This document shows positions 51,346-64,000 of a DNA stretch of 64,000 bases, one piece after another. Numbering within the stretch: the first letter of the stretch is position 1; every line of letters begins with the position of its first letter. Source of the stretch: Squalus acanthias (lineage: Eukaryota). Where the stretch lies: NCBI GenBank assembly GCA_030390025.1, contig CM059432.1, positions 25,918,001-25,982,000 on the forward strand, in the 5' to 3' direction. A model generated the notes under the pieces. It was not told the DNA's origin. It saw nothing but the letters and a program-made list of their open reading frames with translations, and searched no databases. The position numbers and the translations under genes were made by a program.

Positions 51346-51852
51346 CAGAATTTTGCCTATGTGGATGGGTCCGGTGCTGACGGCGTCCATGGTGCGTCGT
51401 GACATAACTACTGGCTTCATCCCACTGCAGAAAATGAACTTACCTTAATGTGGCCTATTGAGCCCACCCAGCGCGTTACCTGGCCCAATTAGATGGAACG
51501 GGTCTGGTGACATCATTCATGACGCATTTTCAGCTGGGATCCTTAAAGGGACCATGGCCACATTAGATTTTAAGTTTAATCTAAAATATGTGGGTGTTGA
51601 ATCTTTACGTTATAATAATATAATTAAAGTTATATGTGAGTGACAAAGAAATATTTAAATAATATCATTAAGTAATATGACGCCATCTACAAATACAATC
51701 AAGAACATAATTAAAAAAGTACATTAATTGGGAAGTTATTGGTGCTTCAGTCACAAATCTATAGACTTTTGTATCAGTAACTGGTACAAATAAAAAAGGT
51801 GTGTGTGATAGGTATTACATAAAATTAAGCAGATTTTAAATGTAATTGTAAA

Positions 51853-52011
51853 GGGGTAGATTTACAATCTTGTGCAAGTTCAGCAGAAGAGCTGCGGAAA
51901 CCCTGACAAACAGTGTAAGTGGTGCTTACAATGTGTTTCTGGGATTTCTGCAGCTCTTCCATTGATGTTAATAATGGACAAGTGGGAGAACCTCTGCAGA
52001 AATTCACCCCC
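51853..52011. mobile_element. Short Harbinger-type MITE
   Basis: ggggtagattt / aaattcaccccc ends with AAA on both sides, and internal inverted gaagagctgc / gcagctcttc. Confidence 0.55.
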
Positions 52012-52768
52012 AAAGTCTCAGACTGAAAAATTAAAAGTCATATTCAGGGACTGAAAGCAAATTGAACCAGTGGAATGAGTGATGAGAATGAAATTGTCAC
52101 GGTTGATGACTTGATTTAATGTGTAACTGGACAATTACAGTATACTGTGAGAAAAACCTGACCAGAAACAACACAATTTTATTTAAATGGTATATGTCAT
52201 TTTTTATAGTGCAGATCAATTCACTGCAATTACTGTTGCGTTGGAAGGAAACAGCCGAGAATGGCCAGCGAAAAATGTATTTCCCTCACCATCCAGGGTC
52301 GCACTTACATCCCTTCAGGAATTTCTGAATTAACATTTTCGAGTAGCTTTTCAAGTAGAACAGAATCTCCATCAATCTGTTAGCTGATGTAATCAACATG
52401 TTTTTATTTTGGTTTGTTTTTCATGCTGTCAAGTAATCAGCTGGAGCAATGGCCACGGAACTCACGCCTCAGGTTGACAGACGTGGTTCCCAAGCTGTGT
52501 GAATCTCATGGCCATGCAGGGAAATTTAAAAAGTAGGCGGGAAAAGGCTCTTAAGTGCCTGTAAAGTGGCTCATAATGATTTCAATTGGGTCCCCCGCCG
52601 CTGCCGGTCGTGTCGGCTCCATGATGACACACGCGCCTGTGGGAAAGGCGCGTTGGAGTGAGATGACAGTGGGTTCCCGACCCGCTGTCAAAAATAACAA
52701 CTTTTCCACCCAACCCGCCACAGATCTCGCCCGCTACCACCCCGGAAAATTCAGCCCAGAGAGTAGGT

Positions 52769-52965
52769 ATAATGGATATGGACTCAAATTGAAAGGAAGT
52801 GGCTAGTGGTGTCCCACAGGATCTGTGCTGGGCCCTCAATTATTTACTATATTTATTAATGACTTAGATAACGCAATAGAGAGCCATATATCCATGTTTT
52901 CCCATGACACAAAGACTGCTGGTATAGTAAGTAGTATAGACGTGAGCATAAAATTAAAAGAGACA
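52769..52965 (+). mobile_element. CR1 RT fragment
   Basis: SGVPQGSVLGPQLFTIFINDLD motif. Confidence 0.85.
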
Positions 52966-53794
52966 TAGGAACAATTTACTACCTGCATGGGTGATACTTC
53001 ACAGTTTCATTGTTCCCTTTCTTGGCCTCCAAGGTTGAATGTCATGTCAGGACTATAAATCCTGTCATTAGCAGGGTACGTACAATGTGAATTGCCAGTC
53101 CTAAATGGCTTCATGACACACAATGGGGAAGCTCATGGCGAGATGGTAATATTTTTGGTTTTAGTGAAGCTAATGGCAGAGCGGCGCAAATCATCCAGCA
53201 ACATGTGGCGAATTGGAACGCGTGGCACACATCATCTTCCCACAAATTGCAGGGTTTTTACACACTAATAATGGCAGGCGCAGTGAACTCGCTGTTATTT
53301 TTCCAGCAGTTCTGGGCCATTGTGAATGCACAGCCTCATTAAAATGAACAGAAAACTGTCAGGAAAGTGTCTAGGATTTTCTAACATGGCAGATGTGTGC
53401 ATTTGGAAAATCTGCCCTATGTATATGCTAGAGGAATTTACAGATTTTATTTCCCTATTGGCCCTGGGTTTTTATCTGGGTTTTTTTGGCCACTCACAGG
53501 AGATTACTTGGCTTTAAGATGGCCTAGAAATTGGAACCTTTAGCGCCAGCCATTAAGGCCAGTTTTGAAGAAAAAATGGCGGCCGCCTCGATTCCGCCCA
53601 CTTCTGGCACAGAACACGGTGGCCGCCATATTGGGCAGGTTGGCAGCACTGCCATTGCCAGCGCTCGCCTCAAATATTTTAATGATCAACAGCGTGACAT
53701 CAATCGGCATTCAATGCCGAATTGATTCACGCTGAATGATTTTGGACGTTGCCGGTCTCCAAAGCATGCCTGTGCGTACAGCTGTTGCCAGCGC

Positions 53795-54258
53795 ATGAGG
53801 AGAGATTGGGTATGAGGAGAGATTGGGTCGATTGGGCTTATACTTGCTGGAGTTCAGAAGAATGAGAGGGGATCTCATTGAAACTTATAAAATTCTAACA
53901 GGACTAGACAGACTAGATGCAGGAAGGATGTTCCCGATGGCCGGGGAGTCCAGAACCAGGGGTTACAGTCTAAGGATAAGGGGTAAGCCATTTAGGACAG
54001 AGATGAAGAGGAATTTCTTCACCCAGAGAGTGGTGAACCTGTGGAATTCTCTACCACAGAAGGCAGTTGAGGCCAACTCATTAAATATATTCAAGAAGGA
54101 GTTAGATATATTTCTTAAGGCTAAAGGGATCAAGGGATATGGGGAGAAGGCAGGGACAGGGTACTGAATTTGGATGATCAGCCATGATCTCATTGAATGG
54201 CGGAGCAGGCTCGAGGGGCTGAATGGCCTACTCCTGCTCCTATCTTCTATGATTCTAT
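53795..54258 (+). mobile_element. CR1 3' fragment (same subfamily as 43768-44530)
   Basis: RRMRGDLIETYKILTGLDRLDAGRMFP..., nearly identical to the 43866 ORF. Confidence 0.93.
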
Positions 54259-55361
54259 AAACCTGGGAGAAAGTGGCGGAGATCAAAGTCTTCAATAACT
54301 ATGCAGAATATGTCCAGTCCAGTGAGATTGCTCATGGTCATTGCTGCAGAAACACATCAGCAGATTGAATGCCTATTCTATACACGTTAGAGGCCAGCAC
54401 TCAACTGGAGCAGGTCAGTGAGTTCTGCATCATAATGTGTACAGAACAGCACATGGTTACAAATAGTCTGGGGAACTTATACTGCCTCTGAAGGCCTCAT
54501 CCATTACTGTCGGTCAGTTGTGTAACGCAAGACATATCTTGTACACCAGATTTTCAAATCTTACTAATAAGCGCTTGTAGTTATGTCAGTAAACTGGAAA
54601 TGAAATGATATTTGGGTTTTGTAAAGGTTTACTGTTATTGCTACAAATGTTCGTATTGAATATGCTTCCTGTTTCTCTGAAGTGTGCTTGTTACATTTTC
54701 ACTTAAAGGAGACCTAATGACTTTTTCCAGTCTCGGAAGGAATTTGTGCATCTGCATTTACTCATATTGATATTCAGGTGTTCAGGGTATCCAGTAAACT
54801 TTGTACATCTCTTGGTCTATTCAGGAAGGAATCATGGATCACCTATGCCAACTCCGACACCCAGTATTGCAAACAAATCTACTAATTCCAGTATATCCCT
54901 TTCAAAATGCTTATCCGGGTACTTTCTATAGAGATATACTCCTAAACAGACTTACAGTGAAACGCCTCTGTAATAACAAAGCTTATTCACTATGTATGTG
55001 TATGAAAAGAATAGGTTGCTTTTATTTGTACTCCAGGGAGTAGAATCAGAAACATTGGTTGCATTTGAGTGTATTTTTAGGCTTTGATTTATCTTGCATA
55101 CCCTTTCTGTCAACTTACAAAACATGAGAAGCATCGCGATTTCCTGATAACGCCGCACAGGTAGATTAGACCCGACCTTTGGCCTCCTGCTGATCTTACC
55201 ACCTGAAAGAGCGCGTTGCACGGGAGGCTCTGCGCTGTGCTTATTTAAATCAGCAAGCAGGACCAAAATAAAAGAGCTGCCTCCGCTCTTTTTACGGGCA
55301 GCCGTTAACCTCGGCCCGGGGTGGCACCGCCCGTTTTCGGGTTTAATCGAATTTCTTGGCC

Positions 55362-55535
55362 AGTATCTGGTCATTGTCTCATTGCTGTTTGTGGGACCTT
55401 GCTGTGCGCAAATTGACTGCTATGTTTCCTACATTACAACAGTTACTACACTTCAAAAGTATTTTATTGGCTGTAAAGCAGTTTGGGACATCCTGAGGTT
55501 GTGAAAGGCGCTATTTAAATGCAAGTTCTTTCTTT
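55362..55535 (+). mobile_element. SacSINE1-like 3' half
   Basis: tatctggtcatt...ggcgctatttaaatgcaagttcttt. Confidence 0.85.
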
Positions 55536-56451
55536 TGTTTCCTTCAGGTGAGGTATAGTTTCGATCGAATGCTCTCTCTGCACGAGCCCAACCAGGGGTG
55601 TAGTGGTGGGTGTATGCCCACTTTACATTTTTGTTGACAAGGGTATGCTTGCATTTAGGGAGCTAGAATTGGAGTCATACACTTGTTAACCGGGCAGCCA
55701 CTCTGCCACCACTGCCCCTAATCAGTCCAACTCCGACCTCCACCCGTGTCCTGCCACAGCTCATATCGAGTCCTGTTGTATAAGCTGAAATGATTAAACA
55801 CACTGATGTATATTAGGCAAGAATTCTCATGGGCTCAGCAGCAGTCAATCATTTTGTCCCCTTACCACAGCAACAGCAATTTGCACTATTATACCACCTA
55901 TAGCATGGAAAATGTCCCAAGATGCTTTACATAGGCTGGAGTAGAAAAAAAGTAATAGAGAATACATGAGTGATCTGATCGAGGTGTTTAAAATGTTAAA
56001 AGGACTTGATAGGGTAGATACGGTGAAACTATTTTCTACGGAGGAATAGGAGAGGTGGCTGAGAACTTGATTCCAACGATGGCTTCTGAGAAGCTTTTTG
56101 AAGGTGGAGAGAGAAGTGGAGAGGCAGAGCTAGAATTTCAGAGTAGAATGAAGCAGCGGAATGCTGTAACAGCAGTGATGGAATGAAGGGAAGGTAAGGA
56201 TAGCATAGCAGCAACTGCACTCAATAGGGCCCGCCGCGGGACTTGGGTAACTAGATTGAATTACTTACGAGCGGGCTGCTAACCTTGTGGCAGCAATGCT
56301 ATTTTTACAGCTACCTGGTATCGTCTGGTGGACTGTTAAAAGGATGTTGATGTTTATAGATTAAGAAAGGCAGACCACTCCCATGAACTGATTGCAATTG
56401 TATGTAACTGGCGCTGAGCAGTTTATGGCTGAGAACATGCTAGTTGTTTTA

Positions 56452-56775
56452 CAGAATATACAGCACAGATACAGGCCATTCGGCCCAACCAGTCCATGCT
56501 AGCATTTATACTCCACTCGAGCCTCCTCCCATCCTTCCTCATCTAACTCTATCAGCATAGCCCTCTATTCCCTTCTCCCTCATGTGCTTATCTAGCTTCC
56601 CCTTAAATGCATCTATACTATTCGCCTCAACTACTTCCTGTGGTAGCAAGTTCCACATTCTCACCACTCTCTGGGTAATGAAGTCTCTTCTGAATTCCCT
56701 ATTTGATTTCTTGGGGACTATCTTATATTGATGGTCTCTAATGTGGCTCTTCCCCACAAGTGGAAACATTCTCTG
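56452..56775 (-). mobile_element. CR1 3' fragment
   Basis: FRRDFITQRVVRMWNLLP..FKGKLDKHM. Confidence 0.85.
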
Positions 56776-58309
56776 TGACTACTCTGAAGCGTGAAGTTGC
56801 TGTGTTGACTACCTTCTTCGTTATCTTTTAGATTCATGATTTGAAGAATACATCAGGTTGCTGTCAAGCATGACCAGTGGACAAATACAAACAGTATGCA
56901 TCATAACACACACAGGGCTCAGGGTTATTGCACTGAGTGAATGTCAATGATAAGCCTGGGTCTATGGATGGGAAGGTGCGGAAGGTCCCAACATCTAAAT
57001 AATTTGTAAATATGATCACAACGAGTGATCAAAAGATAGAATGGAATTTCAGGTAGGGAAGTGGAGGTGAAAAAACTTTGGTATCATTTCAGAAACAGTT
57101 GGAGGCCGTGATGGAAGAACCGTATGATCTTTTTGGAGTGATGAGTTGGGATGAGCTAAATATTCTTCTTTGTCCATATTTAACTTGCGATCTTATGAGG
57201 AAGTGAACAGCTTCTCAGAGTTGGGAAACTTCCTGCTGACAGGCAATGATTCGACACCTATAAAAACATGATTGGGTGAGCATCTAGTTAGGAACGGAAG
57301 GATAAGTAGAGATGGAGAGGAACACATTTTGTGTGGAACGTGAGCTGCTAAGACCATCGAAATGTCATTGACAAGGAAGACAATCAGTCTGTGATGCTTA
57401 ATACTACAGAATGTAAGGTAATCCAATCAGAAAAAGAAAAGTGATCAATGACAAGCTGTGACAGCAAACAAACAATTTCCACAATCACCAGTTCTCTGAC
57501 AGAAAGATGCTTGAGGTGGTTTGGTCAGATCTACAGAGCTGCTGTCTGGACAATTACCTGGGGAGTATATTGCAGTGGGAAGCAGAGATCAGCCAAGGGC
57601 AGTAGAATGAATGGAAGTAAGAAAGATTAGAGGGAAATGTGCTGTGACTGTTGTCCTAATGTATTGTTTTTACTGCGCTACAGGATAGATGCATTGATAT
57701 GATATGACTTTAAGGCCCACTGTTGCCTGACACTCAGCTTTGTCTCCCGTGGCTGCAATGAGCTTGTCATTTATTGATCGGACAGCTGTGATGATGTGTC
57801 TGATGGAAATGGAATGTTTCACGGTGGGGGTGGGGGATAGTGGCGCTGGTGACAAGATGAAAAACTGTTAGAGCTGGAGCAAGGCAACTGTTTGTTGTGT
57901 TAACTGTCGTAACAACGCATTGCGATTCACAAGGAAGGGAAGAAGAGGGAGAACCATCCTAGTGAACCCTAAAACAATAAAGCAAAATCAAAACTAATTA
58001 ATGAAATACTGAATGTTGGCAACACGGTAGGGTAGATTGTTGGGTCATCTGCACCAGCTGTGTAGCTGCGGAACAGCCTGGGGAGGGGGGTTAAGAAAAT
58101 TGGGAAGATGGCCTTTAACATGTTTTGCCTCCAATTCCTTCAGCTTGCAACTTTCCATCCAGCTGCATTTTGTGTACTGTAGTGCTAGCGCACATTTTCA
58201 GCTAAATTTTCGTCTGTAGTGTTCCCAGCGCAGAGCTTCACAAGCCGAGAAAGCATGTCACGAATTTCCAGCCATTGCCTCGGCCCTACTTTCTGGAACT
58301 CCCTCCCTA

Positions 58310-58750
58310 AGCTGTGGCTCAGTGGTTGCACTCTCACCTCTGTGGAAGAGACTTGAGCCCAGAATCTAGGCTGATGTTCCAGTGCAGTACTGAGGGTGGG
58401 GGGCGGGGGTGCTGCTCTGTCGGAGGTGCCGTCTTTCAGATCAGATGTTAAACCGAGGCCCCATCTGCTCGCTCAGGTGGGTGTAAAAGATCCCGTGGCA
58501 CTATTCAAAGAAGAGCAGGGGAGTTCTTCCTGGTGTCCTGAGCAATATTTATCCCTCAACCTACATCATAAAAGAGATTATCTGCTCATTATCACATTGC
58601 TGTGGACCTTGCTGCGCACAATTTGGCTGCTGCATTTCCTGCATTATAGCAGGCACTACACTTGAAAAGTGTTTCATTGGCTGTGAAACGCTTTGGAACG
58701 TCCTGAGATCAGGTGCTATATAAATGCAAGTCTTGCTTTCTTTCTTTTCT
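58310..58750 (+). mobile_element. SacSINE1/DeuSINE-like SINE, nested in decayed L2
   Basis: Matches 42036-42500. Confidence 0.85.
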
Positions 58751-59327
58751 AAACCCTTCTGCTTCTCCATTTCTCTCTCTACCTTTAAAAGCCTTCTTCA
58801 CATCCATCTTTTTGATCAAGCTGTTGACCACCTCTCCAAACTCACCCGCCAGCTGGCCTGATGTACATTCCCTATTTTCACATTTTTTTCCTCTGTAAAG
58901 TGCCTTGGAATATTTTTCTATGTTAAAGGCACCATAATAATGCAATATTGCTTTTATTGGAGATTTTTTCGACATTTCTGTGAGCTTTATGAAAATGAAT
59001 TCAGGAGACTTTGTGAGAACAATTTTTATTTATTCATTTTAGGTTTTGGTTTTAAACCTAGTAAAGCTGCCCATTATTCCCTGCTAAATCCCCAAAGGTG
59101 GATTTTAGTGAATCATTTACAGGAATTCATCAGAATCTGAACAGATGATAAAATGAAGGCAAATAAAATGGAGCTTTTCCAATACACTTCCATTCAGGAA
59201 GCCACAAGTTGTCTAAGTGCAACTTGCAGGATCCCATGGTGGGTGGAAGTGAAGGCAAAGTTTATAACAGGGGTGACTTTTGCATGCACTACAGGGACAG
59301 TATTCCATGATTGAAGTGGTATAAAGT

Positions 59328-59695
59328 AAAGAAAGAACTTGCATTTATATAGTGCCTTTCACATTCTTAGGTCATCCCAAAGTGCTTCACAATTAATGAA
59401 GTTCTTTTGAAGTGTAGTCACTGTTGTAATGTAGGCAAATGTGACAACCAATTTGCACACAGCAAGATACCATGAACAACAATGAAACAAATGACCAGAT
59501 AATCTCTGGTGTTGGTTGTAGGTTTAATGTTAGCCAGGGCACTAGGAGAATTCCCCTGCTTCTCATTAAGCAGTGACGTGGGATCTTTTACTTCCAGCTG
59601 AGAAGGCAGATAGGGTTTTGGTTTAAAATGTCATCTGAAAGACAGCATGTCCAATAGTGCAGCATTCCTTCAGTACTTTACTGGAATGTCAGCTT
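59328..59695 (-). mobile_element. SacSINE1-like SINE, head missing
   Basis: Reverse complement of the SINE body and tail. Confidence 0.8.
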
Positions 59696-59699
59696 AAGT

Positions 59700-60870
59700 T
59701 AAAACTGGAAAAAGTTAGAGCTACAACCGGTTTTAAACAATTGCAGAGGCAGGGAGAGGGGGGAGGGGAGGAAAGAACAAAAGGGAAGGTCTGTGATAGG
59801 GTGGAAGGCAGGAGAGATTAAATGACAAAAGGGATGATGGTGCAAGGCAAAAGGAGATGGTAATGGGACAAGTAAAGAAACAAAAGGTGGGCCTAGAGGA
59901 GGTATAATTGGGAATATCAGAATCATCAGCAACATCTGCCGTCCGAAAAAATGGGGGCAGAGGTTATGAATTGAAATTGTTGAACTCAATGTTGAGTCCG
60001 GAAGGCTGTAAAGTGCCTAACTGACAGATGAGGTGCTGTTCCTCGAGCTTCCATTGAGCTTTATTGGAACAGTGCAGGAGGCCGAGGTCAGAGTGGGAGT
60101 GGAGTGGAGAATTAAAGTGACAGGCGACTGGAAGCTCAGGGTCACGCTTACAGACTGAATGGAGGTTTTCTGCAAATCTGCGTTTGGTCTTCCCAATGTA
60201 GAGGAGATTGCATCGTGAGCAGCGAATACAGTATACTAAATTGCAAGAAGTACAAGTAAATCGCTGTTTCACATGGAAGGAAAGTTTCTGGCCCTGGATG
60301 GTGGGAAGGGAGGAGGTAAAAGGGCCGGTGTTGCATCTCCTGCACTTGCAGGGGAAGGTGCCGTGGGAAGGGGTGGGGGTGTTGGGGGTGATTGAGGAGT
60401 GGACCAGGGTATCACGGAGAGAATGGTCCCTTCAGAATGCTGAAAGGGGAGGGGAGGGGAAAATGTGTTTGGTGGTGGGATCACGCTGGATGTGGCGTAA
60501 ATGGCGGAGGATGATCCGTTGAATGTGGAGGCTGGTGGGGTGGAAGGTGAGGACAAGGGGAACCCTATCATGGTTCTGGGAGGGAGGGGAAGGGGTGAGA
60601 GCAGAAGTGCCACGGTGGAGGGGAAGACTCGGTTGAGGAAAATGGAAGACATATCGGAAGCACTGGTATGGAAGGTGGCATCGTCAGAACAGATGCAACG
60701 GAGACAGAGAAACTGAGAGAATAGAATAGAGTCCTTACAGGAAGCGGTGTGGTAGGAAGTGTAGTCAAGGTAGCTGAGGGAGTCAGTGGGCTTATAGTGG
60801 ATATTGGTCGATAGCCTATCCCTAGAATGGAGACAGAGAAGTCGAGGAAGGGAAGAGTGAGATGGACCTG
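59700..60870 (-). mobile_element. Penelope-like retroelement fragment (RT thumb to GIY-YIG), degenerate
   Basis: LPFLDFSVS (RT) and NLVYCIRCSRCNLLYIGKTKR (GIY-YIG) motifs. Truncated just before the hammerhead position. Confidence 0.9.
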
Positions 60871-61547
60871 TGAAGGCGCCTTCACATCTTTCTCCTTTTT
60901 AGAACTAGGCTTCATTGTCCAAACAGACTGGGCATATGGAAGGCAGGTGAAAGGTCCTTCAAGGTTGCTTCCCCCCCCACCCCACAATTTTACGAGCATA
61001 CGTACACACGAACATACGAATTAGGAGCAGGAGTCGACCACTCGGCCCCTCGAGCCTGCTCCGCCATTCAATAAGATCATGGCTGATCTGATTACTCCAC
61101 ATTCCCGCCTTCTCCCCTCGTCTCCTGAAGGCTCTGACTTTTGCTGGTATTTGGTTCCACAGGTACTCTGGTACCTCACCCAAGTGACTATTGTTCATGC
61201 ATGAGACAGGACAGTGAATGGCAACAGAGGTAAATCACATTACTGTCCAATCCTGTCCTCACCTGGTGTTCCTGCAGGTGCACATTCCAGCATGAAATGT
61301 TGGATAGCAATTCAGTGAACAGGATTAGTCTTAGCTCAATACAGACATGAGACTATTAAAATCAACAAGAGAGATGAGACTTTCATCCCATAAGTCTGGA
61401 CTAGATTTGAATCCATGTCCCACAAGTGGAACCCAACCTCTGAGACTAATTACCTTCTATTAAATAAAAAGGTAAACATTTTCAAAAAGGAAAAGTAATG
61501 CACTGATGATTTTTGAGTGACAGAACGTACAACCAAAAGCATAATTG

Positions 61548-61714
61548 ATAGCAGAAACACCACCTTTATTAAACAGACTGCTCTAATTACCGAGACTTGC
61601 TGAAAATTGCCTTTCACCATGAGATCGGGTATAGCAGAAACACCACCTTTATTAAACAGGCTGCTCTAATTACCGAGACTTGCTGAAAATTGCCTTCACC
61701 ATGAGATCGGGTAT
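61548..61714 (+). repeat. 83-bp tandem duplication (2 copies)
   Basis: atagcagaaacaccacc...gagatcgggt at 61548 and 61631, differing by one substitution and one 1-bp indel. Confidence 0.92.
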
Positions 61715-61861
61715 TCTAAAGATGGGAGATTCATAGTCGAGAAACTGTTGGTGTAGTAATGGGGTTTTGCCAAAACTCTGCTGCCCCTATCCTAACCTGC
61801 ATCAAGTCCTGTTCACCCATCACCCATGTGCTCGCTGATCTACATTGGCTCCCGGTCCCTG

Positions 61862-62890
61862 AAACATATAGAACATAGAACATAGAACAGTACAGCACAG
61901 TACAGGCCCTTCGGCCCTCGATGTTGTGCCGAGCATTGTCCGAGACCAAGATCAAGCTATCACACTCCCTATCACTCTGGTGTGCTCCATGTGCTTATCC
62001 AACAACCACTTGAAAGTTCCTAAAGTGTCCGACTCCACTATCACAGCAGGCAGTCCATTCCACACCCCAACTACTCTCTGAGTAAAGAATCTACCTCGGA
62101 CATCCCTTCTATATCTCCCCCCATGCACCTTATAGTTATGCCCCCTTGTAACAGCTGCCTCGACCCGAGGAAATAGTCTCTGAACATCCACTCTATCTAT
62201 CCCCCTCATCATCTTATAAACCTCTATTAAGTCACCTCTCATCCTCCTCCGCTCTAAAGAGAAAAGCCCCAACTCCCTCAATCTTTCCTCATAAGACCTC
62301 CCCCCCAAACCAGGCAGCATCCTGGTAAATCTCCTTTGCACTCTTTCCAATGCTTCCACGTCCTTCCTATAGTGAGGTGACCAGAACTGCACACAATATT
62401 CCAAATGTGGTCTCACCAAGGTCCTGTACAGTTGCAGCATAACCTCACGGTTCTTAAACTCAAACCCTGTTAATAAACGCCAACACACCATAGGCCTTCT
62501 TTACTGCTCTATCCACTTGAGTGGCAACCTTCAGAGATCTGTGGATATGAACCCCCAGATCCCTCTGCTCCTCCACGTTCCTCAGAACCCTGCCGTTGAC
62601 CCTGTAATCCTTATTCAAATTTGCCCTACCAAAATGAATCACCTCGCACTTATCAGGGTTAAATTCCATCTGCCATTTTTCGGCCCAGCTCTGCATCCTA
62701 TCAATGTCTCTTTGCAGCCTACAACAGCCCTCCACCTCATCCACTACTCCACCAATCTTGGTGTCATCAGCAAATTTACTGATCCACCCTTCAGTCCCCT
62801 CCTCCAAGTCATTGATAAAAATCACAAACAGCAGAGGACCCAGCACCGACCCCTGTGGCACACCGCTGGTAACTGGTCTCCAGTCCGAAA
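61862..62890 (-). mobile_element. 5'-truncated CR1 nested in L2
   Basis: PQGSVLGP, KFADD, RPHLEYC and TRGH motifs with one frameshift, and a (catagaa)n tail. Confidence 0.95.
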
Positions 62891-62892
62891 CT

Positions 62893-63262
62893 TTTTAAAC
62901 TTTTAAATTCTCATCCATGTGTTCAAATCCTTCCATGGCCTCGCCCTTCCCTATCTTTGTAACCTCCGCCAGCCCTACAAGTCTCCACAAACTCTGCGTT
63001 CCTCCAACTGTGGCCTCTTGTCCACTTATTTCACCCCACCATTGGCCGTGCCTTCAACTGTCTGGGTCCTAAGCTTTGGAATTCCCTCCCAAAACCTTTC
63101 TGCCTGCTACCATTCTTTAAGACCCTCTCAAAACCTACTTCTTCTCCTGTCCTAATGTTTCCCTCTTTGGCTCAATGTCAACTTTTGTTTGATTACCCGT
63201 GAAGTGCCTTGGGACATTTTACTATGTTAAAGGCTCCATATAAATGCAAGTTGTTGTTGTTG
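62893..63262 (+). mobile_element. L2 3' fragment (5' part at 61770-61860)
   Basis: HITHVLADLHWLPV before the CR1 and FKSFHGLALPYLCNL after it, with a (gtt)n tail. Confidence 0.88.
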
Positions 63263-64000
63263 AAGCTGTTGATGAAGCTGTTTCTGGAGAGAGATTGGAT
63301 TGTGGGATATAATGAGCAAGACGGCAGACTGAATGGCATTTTCCAATTCCTAAGAATTCTTATTTTTGTTCTTTCTGTGGTATCTTAATGGGACGTCAAC
63401 TTTCCATTGGAAGTTGTGCCTATGCTAGTTGTAGCATTATTCCCTACTGAAGCGACAGTGTCCCTTTAAAGAATGGTAACAGGCCTGATTCAATAGCACA
63501 GAGATAAAAAATCTTTAAACCAACTGAAGTCCACAAACCTTTCTTGTCCTCTCAACATAAAGCACATTTTTCATCATTCAAACTTTTCAGCTTTCCTACC
63601 TCTGCAGCTACATCAACCTCACAGCCAACTGGCCAGCAATGATTAATCGAGGAGCGTACATGGAATAAAACCTGCCCCAGTGCAGGCTTTCAATTCCACC
63701 ATCTGACCTAGTAATAGCTCACAGCTATTGAAAAAATTATGAGTCCCAGGCGCCTGGTTTCAGACTGAAAACCTGGATGACAACTGCTCAGAAGTCCTGG
63801 CGGCGGAACGAATGTGTTGAATTAGTGCTTGGTTGTTCTTCACATACATCATCATCCACTGCACCTTTCAAAAACAAATAACATTGTTTTAAGGCAGTCG
63901 GACACAGTTATACGCATCATTTTTCTATTTAGGAGCCCAAAAAGCAGGTTCTATACTGGTTGAGAGGCAGCGTCAAAGTTTACACTGTCCTGCATTAAAC

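Noticed and set aside
52200..52380. Candidate exons on either strand (similar case at 54770-54950)
   Set aside because: Several frames are equally plausible and none is recognisable, so they cannot be supported without transcript data
57480..57640. RTE-like LRWFG motif
   Set aside because: Too short and decayed to call

Overview
A repeat-dominated vertebrate window, very probably from a cartilaginous fish (inferred from the SacSINE1/DeuSINE-type SINEs and the CR1, L2 and Penelope repertoire). No host protein-coding gene can be supported, and almost every long ORF comes from a transposable element. It contains: six copies of a CR1-group (Jockey-group) APE-RT LINE; classical CR1 and L2 fragments; two Penelope-like GIY-YIG fragments; a decayed two-gene PIF/Harbinger transposon (DDE transposase plus a 3-exon Myb/SANT gene) abutting an inverted, deleted sister copy; many Harbinger-type MITEs; a hAT-type non-autonomous element; and several tRNA-SINE families. 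The most notable signals are: (1) three independent TSD-flanked fold-back mini-elements whose inversion point lies in a minimal hammerhead ribozyme; (2) a 45-bp templated insertion, copied from just outside the Harbinger element, that disrupts its transposase; (3) two neighbouring inverted LINE copies sharing a multi-base change that removes an RT catalytic Asp; (4) a fold-back SINE insertion with a 15-bp TSD. All family names come from motif recognition, not database searches. Boundaries of old repeats are approximate.
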